Shown here piece by piece: positions 1-7,648 of a DNA stretch of 33,500 bases (positions are counted from its first letter, which is position 1; each line of letters opens with the position of its first letter). The DNA is from Gammaproteobacteria bacterium (lineage in GTDB: Bacteria > Pseudomonadota > Gammaproteobacteria > JAJDOJ01): positions 1 to 33,500 of the forward strand of contig JALVEU010000140.1 in NCBI GenBank assembly GCA_027030565.1. The letters run 5' to 3'. The notes beneath the pieces are model-generated. The model had not been told where the DNA came from, did no database searches, and worked only from the letters and a program-made list of their open reading frames with translations. A program made the translations under genes and the position numbers.

Positions 1-62
1 TGCCCCCGTGGCCCGGCGTGGCGGCGGCTCCGCCCCCCGAATAGACGCGCGCGCAGGGACCG

Positions 63-1910
63 ATGAGCCTCAGCCCCCCACGGATCAATGCCTTTCTGAC
101 CCTGCTCGCCGTAGTGTTCGCCGCCGTCGGCTGCTTTCTCCAATGGGAGCTGATTGAGAGTCAGAGCCGCGCCGACCGCAGGGCGGCCAAATTCCGACAG
201 GCCATGGAGAACTACGAGCGCGAGAACATCTACTACGATCCCCAGGCCACCATCACCTGGCTGCGCAACCGGCAAAATCCCGCCGGCTACTTCGTCCCCA
301 ACCCGGATCTCATCTTCGAGCCCTCCCAGCGCAATGCCAACACCCTGCGGGCCACGCGCTATGCCATCGCAACGCTCCGTGAACTGGACGCCCTGGACCA
401 AATCAACCGACGGGCCGTGGTGGAGTTTGTGCTGGCCAACTACGTGCCCAACGTGGCAGAGACCCAGAGCGGCCCCTACGCGGACATCTATCGCAACGGT
501 CGCTACGCAGGCTTTCGCACACTGGAAGGCAAGCCGGTGGGCGTCAGGCCGACGATGGACGCCCTGATCATCCTGGACGCTCTGAACGCGCTGGACGATC
601 CCCGCATCCGGCTCGAGGACATCCGCCGCTTCATACTCGTACACCAGAATCCGGATGGCGGGTTCTGGGACGAACACTACCCCGAAAGTGGGCAGTCCTC
701 CTGTCTGAAATGCACCTCTTTCGCATTGCGTGCCCTGGGGGTGATGCATCGCCACACCCACGCACCATTCCCGCCCGTGTTCAAGGAGCAGGTGGCGGGC
801 TTCGTCGCCCGCTGTAGGGACCCGGAAAGTGGGGGATACGGCTCGGCTCCGGGCAAGGCGGCCGAAGACCTCTACAACGTCTTTCGGGCCTTCATCACGC
901 TGTGGTGGCTCGGCGGCGGCTCGGATGCGGCAGGCCAGGCCTTTGTTCGTGCCCACATGGATGTCGGCGGCGCCCTCGACTACGCCAATCGCGAGCACTA
1001 CCTGCCGGCGGCGGGCGCATTCGCCCGCTATCGGAACCATGGCGATCCGCGCCACCCTTCCCTCAAGGCCACGCATCTCATGGTCTGGCTGGCCACGGCG
1101 CTGGGACGTGTGGACAGCCTGGACGTTCAGGCCATCGCCCGTTTCACGGCGAGCAAGGAAAGCCGTCCCGGGGAATATGGGGGCGACATCTATTCCACTT
1201 ATTCCGCCACGGGGATCTTCAAGAAGCTGGGCGTGCGAACGAGCCCGCTGCCCAAACCCGTCCGGCCGCCCCCGTATCGCCCCCCCTTTCCTGCATATCT
1301 GCCGCCGCTGTTCTTCGTCCTGGCCCTGGTCACCCTCACGCTGAGCTACTTATCGAAGCGGCAAGAGCTGGAAACCATCAATCAACTCCTCGCGCATCAG
1401 GCGGCCGTGGACGGGCTCACCGGTGCCCTGAACCGGCTGCGCTTCGAGGAGCTGCTCAGCGCGGAGATGCGACGTGCACAGCGGTATGGGTCGCCACTGT
1501 CGGTGATCCTCTTCGACGCCGACCGTTTCAAGCACATCAACGACCGCCACGGGCATCTCGCCGGGGACCGCGTACTCAGGGCGCTCGCGGAACAGGTCAC
1601 GAAGGCACTGCGGGCCCCGGACCAGCTCGCCCGGTGGGGCGGAGAGGAATTCATCGTACTGGCCCCGGGGACGGACCTGCAGGGCGCGCTGCGACTCGCC
1701 GAGAAGCTGCGCCAGCTCGTCGAACGGACCACCTTCGAGGAGGTGGGACACATCACATGCAGCTTCGGCGTGGCGCAGTACCGGCCCGGCGAGCCGAGTG
1801 AGCGCTTCCTGGAGCGGGCGGACCAGGCCTTGTATCAGGCCAAGCATGCAGGACGCAACCGGGTATGTGCGGAGCGCCGCTACGGAGATGTGGCACGGGT
1901 GTCGGCCTGA
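63..1910 (+). CDS. Membrane-anchored diguanylate cyclase (GGDEF) with an extracytoplasmic prenyltransferase/squalene-oxidase-repeat-like domain
   Basis: C-terminal GGDEF domain: D-GLTGALNR, DADRFKHINDRHGHLAGD, RAPD I-site, RWGGEEF, ADQALYQAK. Hydrophobic helices at about aa 9-27 and 412-430. Between them are repeats RQNPAGYF, HQNPDGGF and CRDPESGGYG. Confidence 0.85.
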   Translation: MSLSPPRINAFLTLLAVVFAAVGCFLQWELIESQSRADRRAAKFRQAMENYERENIYYDPQATITWLRNRQNPAGYFVPNPDLIFEPSQRNANTLRATRYAIATLRELDALDQINRRAVVEFVLANYVPNVAETQSGPYADIYRNGRYAGFRTLEGKPVGVRPTMDALIILDALNALDDPRIRLEDIRRFILVHQNPDGGFWDEHYPESGQSSCLKCTSFALRALGVMHRHTHAPFPPVFKEQVAGFVARCRDPESGGYGSAPGKAAEDLYNVFRAFITLWWLGGGSDAAGQAFVRAHMDVGGALDYANREHYLPAAGAFARYRNHGDPRHPSLKATHLMVWLATALGRVDSLDVQAIARFTASKESRPGEYGGDIYSTYSATGIFKKLGVRTSPLPKPVRPPPYRPPFPAYLPPLFFVLALVTLTLSYLSKRQELETINQLLAHQAAVDGLTGALNRLRFEELLSAEMRRAQRYGSPLSVILFDADRFKHINDRHGHLAGDRVLRALAEQVTKALRAPDQLARWGGEEFIVLAPGTDLQGALRLAEKLRQLVERTTFEEVGHITCSFGVAQYRPGEPSERFLERADQALYQAKHAGRNRVCAERRYGDVARVSA

Positions 1911-1921
1911 CCGACGAAACC

Positions 1922-3100
1922 TCAGCTCGCTCGATCGAGCGGGGACCCGTCCGTCGTACCTGACACCTTCGGATCCAGTGTTTCACCGCCACGGGGGTGC
2001 GTCGGATCGGCCGAGCTCAGATGGCGCGAGAGGAACGCCCCCAGCTCCCGATAGACTGCGCGCGACTCCGGCGAATCGGGCACACCGATGTAGTCGCCGT
2101 GCGAGAGGCCTTCATACACATTGAGCTCGGCTGGCACACCAGCCTCTCGGAGTCGGCGGTGCACCCGAATGGTGTGACTCAGAAAGAGGTCGCGCGTCCC
2201 AGTGACCAGATAGGCGGGCGGCAGACCGGCGAAGTCCCCGTAGACCGGGGACAGCAGCGGATCTCTCAGATCATGGCCGCCGGCGTACAGCCGTGCTGCC
2301 GCGTGCAGTGGGCCGTCGTAGGTGACCAGCAGGCGATCGATCCCCTCGTTGATCCACAGGCTGTCGCCTGTCTTGGTGAGATCCGCCCAGGGCGTGCCCA
2401 GATACATGGCTCCCGGCAAAGGCAGGCCGAGCGACTTCAGCCGCTGCATCAGGGCCAAGGTCAAACCGCCCCCCGCAGAGGTGCCCCCCACCGCGAGTGT
2501 GCATGGATCCCGAGTCTCGAGCTGTGCCCGGTACACGGCCACCGCGTCTTCGAGCGCCGCCGGAAACGGGTGAGCGGGCGGCATGCGGTAGTCCACGGCG
2601 AGCACTGGGATGCCGATGCGAGCCGCGATCAGCACGGGCTCCATGAGTCCCGCCACCCCTGCATTCAGCACGTAGGCGCCACCATGGAAATAGAGCAGCA
2701 GGTGATTCTGATGTTCCCGCGCGATGGCGGGGGGCCAAACGCGGTGCACACGCGCGCCCGCAATGGTCGCAGGCTGGAGCGAAACGGAGGCGCGCCGGGC
2801 CGCCTCCCGCACCGCTCTGGCGGCCGCCCGATCATTGCGCTCGGCCTCCCGCGCCCAGTCCGCCGGCACCGCCTTGCGAGCCGCCTCGACATTGGGTACC
2901 GGCCCGCTGCGTAGCACCTCGCGCAGCTCGGGGCTGGCCGCGGCGGGCAGCGGCAGCTGCCTGCCCGGTACCCACCAGCCTTCCCGGACCTCTTGGACCA
3001 GGGCGATGGATGCGAGGCCCAGCAAGGCCACAGCCCCCAAGCCGAGCCGATATCCCCCTTTCATGTGGGTCTGTTGTTTGCTGGCCCGTCGTTTGCGCAT
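1922..3100 (-). CDS. Alpha/beta hydrolase, hormone-sensitive lipase (family IV) esterase, GTSAG type, with N-terminal signal/anchor
   Basis: HGGAY oxyanion motif, VDYRMPP, nucleophile GTSAGG, acid GTRDLF, His in EGLSHG. The start may be the ATG at 3064. Confidence 0.85.
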   Translation of the reverse strand: MRKRRASKQQTHMKGGYRLGLGAVALLGLASIALVQEVREGWWVPGRQLPLPAAASPELREVLRSGPVPNVEAARKAVPADWAREAERNDRAAARAVREAARRASVSLQPATIAGARVHRVWPPAIAREHQNHLLLYFHGGAYVLNAGVAGLMEPVLIAARIGIPVLAVDYRMPPAHPFPAALEDAVAVYRAQLETRDPCTLAVGGTSAGGGLTLALMQRLKSLGLPLPGAMYLGTPWADLTKTGDSLWINEGIDRLLVTYDGPLHAAARLYAGGHDLRDPLLSPVYGDFAGLPPAYLVTGTRDLFLSHTIRVHRRLREAGVPAELNVYEGLSHGDYIGVPDSPESRAVYRELGAFLSRHLSSADPTHPRGGETLDPKVSGTTDGSPLDRAS

Positions 3101-3228
3101 CGCCGGCGCGTCATCACCCCCTCCGGGATCTGCGCCTCCCTACACGCCTGCTTCACACGCCGCACCCATGGCGCCGGTCCAGGGAGACCAGCCCGAGCAC
3201 CCGCACCGCGCGACCGGAGTCAGGCCAC

Positions 3229-3741
3229 TCACACGCCGCCGCTGTGGACGACCTCGTAGTAGAGCTTCTCGAGCTCGCGCTTGTGCTCAGCCTCCTCCTT
3301 GGCCAAAAAGACGAACAGGTCGCGGATGGGACCCTCCGGGGCCGACTCGGCCAGGGACTGGTACTGCTCCATGGCCGTTTTCTCGCGGCCCATGGCGTAC
3401 TGCAGGATGGACTGATCGTCGGGATGCTCGCCCAGATCCGGGATGTGGATGTGGTCGGAGAAGCGGGTGTTGCTGGGCGGCGTCTTGACCTTCTCCTTGA
3501 GCTGGTCCTCAAGGCCCGGGGTCTTGGCCAGGTTCATGAACAGGTCGTAGTGGCGCTGTTCCTCCTGGGCCAGCTCGTCCACCAGCCAGCGGATGTTCTT
3601 GCTCACCTTGGGCGCCAGGTCCCGGTAGAAGTCCCGCGCGGTGCGCTCGAACTCCGAGGCGGTCTCCAGGATCTCGGCCAACGTCGTCTTGGACTGGATG
3701 CGCGCGTAGGCGCTGGGCTGTCCCTCGGTCGGCTCGCTCAT
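3229..3741 (-). CDS. Ferritin-like/rubrerythrin-family di-iron protein without a rubredoxin domain
   Basis: Duplicated E-x6-Y...EExxH pattern (ERTARDFY...EEQRH; EKTAMEQY...EEAEH). The ATG at 3741 overlaps the upstream stop (ATGA). Confidence 0.85.
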   Translation of the reverse strand: MSEPTEGQPSAYARIQSKTTLAEILETASEFERTARDFYRDLAPKVSKNIRWLVDELAQEEQRHYDLFMNLAKTPGLEDQLKEKVKTPPSNTRFSDHIHIPDLGEHPDDQSILQYAMGREKTAMEQYQSLAESAPEGPIRDLFVFLAKEEAEHKRELEKLYYEVVHSGGV

Positions 3742-5591
3742 GCCGTCTTCTCCAGTTGCGTGAGACAAGCGTCGATGCTCGCCGCCACCCGGTGGCCGTC
3801 GGCCACGGCATGGACCACATCGGGGCCGTGCACATCGTCACCGGCGGCCCACAACCAGGGCACCGCAGTGCGCCCCTCCTCGTCCACCTGCAGGCGCCCC
3901 CGCACCCATTCGAGCTGTTCGATCAGATCCTCGCCGAGCAGGCTCATGTCGGCCATCTGACCGATGGCCTCGACCACCCACTCGCCCTCGTGGAAGCGCT
4001 CGTCCTCGGGGTCCAGCTCGGGGGCGAACCGGCCCTTCTCGTCGAAGATGGACTTCACCCGCCAGGTGACCAGCCCCTTGATGCGGCCGTCCTCGATCAC
4101 CACCTCGCGGGGTCCTCGCGAATCCAGGATCTCGATGCCCTCCTCGCGCGCCTCCTTGACCTCCACCGGGTCGGCCAGGAAGTGATCGAAGTCCTCCAGC
4201 GCCACCACGGTGATGCGCACCTCGCCGTACTTCTGCATCTGGAAACGGGCCATGGTGCGGGCGATGTCCATGGCCACGTTGCCGCCGCCGATGACCACGG
4301 CGGTCTGCGGCACGTCCAGCGCGCGGCCCTCGCCCGCCTCGCGCAGCAGGTCCACCGCGCGCTTGACGTCCTCATGCTCCGAGCCCGGGATGCGCGTGGA
4401 ACGGCCCATCTGCAGGCCGATGGCCAACACCACGGCGTCGAACTCCTCACGCAGCGCCTCCATGGTCACATCCCGACCCACGCGGGTGTTGTAGCGGATC
4501 TCCACGCCCAGGGACTCGATGACCTCGACCTCCCGGTCCAGGATCTCCTCCGGCAGGCGGTAGTAGGGGATGCCGTAGCGGGTCATGCCGCCGGCCTTGG
4601 GCTGCGCCTCGAAGACCACCACCCGATGGCCCTTCTTGACCAGATCGTAGGCGGCGGTGAGCCCGGCCGGCCCCGCGCCGACGATGGCCACGGATCGGCC
4701 GGTGACGTAGTCGGCCTTGCCCTCGGCGGCGATCGCCTTGATGCGTTCGTGGGGAACCCGATCCGTGGCATAGCGCTTGAGCCAGCGGATCGCCACGGGC
4801 TCTCCGCGACGCCCGATGGAGCAGGCGGCCTCGCAGCGGTGGGTGCAGACCCGGCCGCAGACCTGGGAGAACGGATTGGTGCGGTACATCCAGCGCACCG
4901 CCTCCTCCGGCTCCCCGCGCCAGATGGCCCGGATGTACTCGGGGGCGTGCATGTGCGTGGGACAGGCGTCGTGGCACATGCCGCACTGCACGCAGCGCGA
5001 GGCCTCGATGATCGCCTGCTGATCGTCGTAGCCCAGCACCATCTCCTGGAAGTTGTCCACCCGTTCCTCGGGCGGCAGCTCCGGCATGGGCTGGCGCTCC
5101 AGGTCCAGGAGGTCGTTGGTGGGCGTCTTGGTCCAGCCCAGCGGATAGGGTGTGCCGTGGATGCCGTGCTCGTCCGGCAGCACGAAGTAGCTGTCGATCT
5201 CCTCTTGCGTGCAGGTGTGCACGTACTCGCGCGACAGCTTGATGGCGCTGGTGGGGCAGATGTCCACGCACAAGGCGCACCAGCAGCAGCGTCCGTAGTC
5301 GATGGCCGGGCGCAATGGCCGGATCCCCTTGACCGGGTCCTCCGGGGCCCCCGGCACGTGGACCATGGTGATGGCCGCGTTGTCGCAGACCTTCTGGCAG
5401 CTCCCGCAGCCGATGCAGGCGTTCCAGTCGTTGAGGTGAAAGCCCCGGTAGATCTCCGCGGCCGGCCGTGGTTCCAACGGCTCGGTCACCGGCGGCCGGA
5501 ACAGGAACTGCAGGTTCTTGAGCGGCGCCAGCAGCGAGCCGCGGTCCTCGTAACGGACCTCCGAGCGCCGTGCCTTGGGCTTACCGGTCAT
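3738..5591 (-). CDS. NuoI/MbxN-like 2x[4Fe-4S] domain fused to a GltD/NfnB-like FAD-dependent NAD(P)H oxidoreductase
   Basis: N-terminal YRGFH..CIGCGSCQKVC and IDYGRCCWCALCVDICP (NuoI-like). Then EASRCVQCGMCHDACP, GRVCTHRCEAAC, VGAGPAG, GIPYYRLP, VIGGGNVAMD and AAGD (GltD family). Confidence 0.9.
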   Translation of the reverse strand: MTGKPKARRSEVRYEDRGSLLAPLKNLQFLFRPPVTEPLEPRPAAEIYRGFHLNDWNACIGCGSCQKVCDNAAITMVHVPGAPEDPVKGIRPLRPAIDYGRCCWCALCVDICPTSAIKLSREYVHTCTQEEIDSYFVLPDEHGIHGTPYPLGWTKTPTNDLLDLERQPMPELPPEERVDNFQEMVLGYDDQQAIIEASRCVQCGMCHDACPTHMHAPEYIRAIWRGEPEEAVRWMYRTNPFSQVCGRVCTHRCEAACSIGRRGEPVAIRWLKRYATDRVPHERIKAIAAEGKADYVTGRSVAIVGAGPAGLTAAYDLVKKGHRVVVFEAQPKAGGMTRYGIPYYRLPEEILDREVEVIESLGVEIRYNTRVGRDVTMEALREEFDAVVLAIGLQMGRSTRIPGSEHEDVKRAVDLLREAGEGRALDVPQTAVVIGGGNVAMDIARTMARFQMQKYGEVRITVVALEDFDHFLADPVEVKEAREEGIEILDSRGPREVVIEDGRIKGLVTWRVKSIFDEKGRFAPELDPEDERFHEGEWVVEAIGQMADMSLLGEDLIEQLEWVRGRLQVDEEGRTAVPWLWAAGDDVHGPDVVHAVADGHRVAASIDACLTQLEKTA

Positions 5592-5610
5592 GGCCGTCCC
5601 CTGGAATACG

Positions 5611-5696
5611 CACCGCGAAGGCGCGAAGCATATGTGTTTGGAGAAACGAGTACACCAATTCCATTTTCTCTTCGCGTCCTTCGCGCCTTGGCGGTG
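5611..5696. repeat. Intergenic inverted repeat of the CACCGCGAAGGCGCGAAG family around an AT-rich spacer
   Basis: caccgcgaaggcgcgaag (5611-5628) pairs with cttcgcgccttggcggtg (5679-5696) at 17/18. An extra cttcgcgtc unit is at 5670-5678. The same arms recur at 6873-7054. Confidence 0.85.
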
Positions 5697-5708
5697 AAAA
5701 ATATGACA

Positions 5709-6851
5709 TCACCGGTCCACCTCCGGCGGGCAGGCATCCAGCGTGAACATGATCTGGGCCACGTCCTCGATGCGGGCGCCACGGGCCAGGTGCTCCAGGA
5801 CCTGCACCGCGTGCATCATGGAGGCGCCGCGCACGTGGACCCGGTAGGGCTTCTCGCCCCCGTCGGAGACCACGTACCAGGCGAGCTCCCCCTTGGAGGA
5901 CTCCACCCGCGTGTAGGCCTCGCCGGCCGGGACCTTCCAGGCCAGGGGGTTGGGGATCGGCGCGCGCACCGGACCCGGGATCTCCGGGAGCCGCTCGATC
6001 ACCTGGCGCACGATGCGGATGCTCTGGACCAGCTCGGCACGGCGCACCAGGGTGCGGGCGTAGGCGTCGCCCGCCGACTCGGTGGGGATGTCGAACTCGA
6101 GCTGGTCGTAGACCAGATACGGGTCGTCGCGGCGCACGTCGAAGGCCAGGCCCGTGGCGCGCAGATTGGGTCCCGTCACACCCAGCTCCAAGGCGGTCTC
6201 CTGATCCAGCACCCCGACCCCCTTGGCGCGGTCCACCAGCACCTGATTGCGGAAGAACAGGTTGTCGTAGTCGGGCAGGCGCGATTCCAGATAGTCCATG
6301 GTCGCCGCCACCCGACCCAGGAAGCCGGGCGGGACGTCGCGCCGTACGCCCCCGGGGATGTTGAAGATGTGATAGACACGGCCCCCACTGAGCTCCTCGA
6401 ACAGGTCGAGAATGCGATCCCGGTCGGCCACACCCCAGAACATATTGGTGTACATGCCGGTGGTGGAGGCATGGCCGCCGAAGGTGAACAGATGCGCGGC
6501 GATGCGGGAGAGCTCGAGCTGGAGCACACGCAGCCACTGGGCCCGCTCGGGCACCTCCAGCCCGCAGAGCTCCTCCACCGCCAGGGAATAGGACACCTCC
6601 ATGGGCACCGGGTCCGGCACGCAGATCCGGGGCACCAGGGCGATGTTCTGAATCCACAGCCGCCCCTCCATGAGCTTCTCGAAACCGCGGTGCAGATAGC
6701 CGGCGTCGGCCTTGCCCTCGATCACCCGGTCGCCGTGCAGGCGCAGCTTGAAGGCGTAGTTGCCCTCGATGCCGGGGTGGTTGGGCCCGATGAAGAGCTC
6801 GTACTCGTGGCTCGGCGGATGACTCCGGGCCTGGTAGTTCTCAGGACGCAT
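5709..6851 (-). CDS. NuoD/group-4 hydrogenase large-subunit homolog of MbxL/MbsL type (not a NiFe hydrogenase)
   Basis: IGPNHPG, GYLHRGFEKL, ELSRIAAHL, GVTGPNLRATG...DVRR, ESSKGE. RICVPD and DACPPEVDR replace the two CxxC NiFe motifs. Confidence 0.9.
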   Translation of the reverse strand: MRPENYQARSHPPSHEYELFIGPNHPGIEGNYAFKLRLHGDRVIEGKADAGYLHRGFEKLMEGRLWIQNIALVPRICVPDPVPMEVSYSLAVEELCGLEVPERAQWLRVLQLELSRIAAHLFTFGGHASTTGMYTNMFWGVADRDRILDLFEELSGGRVYHIFNIPGGVRRDVPPGFLGRVAATMDYLESRLPDYDNLFFRNQVLVDRAKGVGVLDQETALELGVTGPNLRATGLAFDVRRDDPYLVYDQLEFDIPTESAGDAYARTLVRRAELVQSIRIVRQVIERLPEIPGPVRAPIPNPLAWKVPAGEAYTRVESSKGELAWYVVSDGGEKPYRVHVRGASMMHAVQVLEHLARGARIEDVAQIMFTLDACPPEVDR

Positions 6852-6872
6852 GGGGACTCACCATCGGTCACT

Positions 6873-7054
6873 CACCGCGAAGACGCGAAGTAGCTGTAGG
6901 CCGGATAAGCGAAGCGCATCCGGCACGCCGAGGTTCCAATCGCCCGATGCGCTGCGCTTATCGGGCCTACGGCTTGCCCTGCCCGATGTGCCACCACGAT
7001 CGGGTCCGCGAGGAAGCGCCGTTCGTTCTCGGTGCCCTTCGCGCCTTCGCGGTG
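6873..7054. repeat. Second CACCGCGAAG-family inverted repeat pair, enclosing a REP doublet
   Basis: caccgcgaagacgcgaag (6873-6890) and cttcgcgccttcgcggtg (7037-7054) are 17/18 complementary. Confidence 0.85.
6896..6970. repeat. GTAG-family REP doublet (REPIN/BIME-like), 75 nt
   Basis: gtaggccggataagcgaagcgcatccggc (6896-6924) and the inverted gcccgatgcgctgcgcttatcgggcctac (6942-6970). Each unit is a GTAG foot plus a hairpin, resembling enterobacterial REP. Confidence 0.9.
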
Positions 7055-7062
7055 CACGCCCA

Positions 7063-7647
7063 TCAGTCCTCCCGGCGGCTGTAGCGCTGTTCGTCTGGGG
7101 GGATGGCGATACCGCCCCCCTGGGCCTCGAGCTCCTTGAGCCAATCGGGGCGGTACTCCTGCCAGTTGAAGAATTGATTGATATAGGCCTCGCTGTCGAA
7201 GTCCTTGCGCATGGGCGGAGGGCCGTCCCACTCGGTGAGGATGAACTTCTCCATGAACGGGCTGCCCTCGAAATAGACGCCGAACATCTCGTAGATGTCG
7301 CGCTCGAAGAAGGCTGCGGGCTTGTAGAGATCGTAGACCGACAGATACCTGCCAGGCTCGCGCGGGATGCGCGTGTGCGCCGAAATCAGGGACTGGGTCT
7401 CATAGGACCACACGTGGTAGATCAGCTCGAACTCGCCCTCCGCGATCCAGTCCACGCAGGTGATGGCCGACAAATGCACGTAGGAGGCCTTGCCCTTGAG
7501 GAGCTCAAGGAGGGTGGGCAGGGCGTCGGCATCCACGTCCAGACGCATGCGTCGCTCGCGTTTGCGTCGCATCTCCACCTGCTCGATCTCGGCGAGCAGG
7601 TCGTCCAGCCAGACCTGGAGCTCACGAGAGCCCTGGTTCATCGGCAC
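7063..7647 (-). CDS. NuoC/MbxK-like subunit
   Basis: LSAITCVDW, FELIYH, FFERDIYEMFGVYFEG, PPMRKDF (complex I 30 kDa subunit signature). Confidence 0.9.
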   Translation of the reverse strand: MPMNQGSRELQVWLDDLLAEIEQVEMRRKRERRMRLDVDADALPTLLELLKGKASYVHLSAITCVDWIAEGEFELIYHVWSYETQSLISAHTRIPREPGRYLSVYDLYKPAAFFERDIYEMFGVYFEGSPFMEKFILTEWDGPPPMRKDFDSEAYINQFFNWQEYRPDWLKELEAQGGGIAIPPDEQRYSRRED

Positions 7648-7648
7648 C

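Noticed and set aside
3738-5591. Glutamate synthase small subunit gltD, or dsrL
   Set aside because: There is no adjacent gltB or dsr gene. The extra ferredoxin domain is N-terminal and NuoI-like, whereas DsrL carries it C-terminally.
5709-6851. Group-4 NiFe hydrogenase large subunit or canonical nuoD
   Set aside because: It lacks the second Cys of both NiFe motifs and the NuoD quinone-site Tyr. No hyp or nuoEFG genes are in the operon.
3756-6893. 1045-aa plus-strand ORF
   Set aside because: Antisense shadow of well-supported minus-strand genes. It has no recognisable motifs, and such ORFs are expected from high-GC codon bias.
5611-7054. CRISPR array suggested by recurring short repeats
   Set aside because: The repeats are inverted pairs at gene junctions, not regularly spaced direct repeats, and no cas genes are present.
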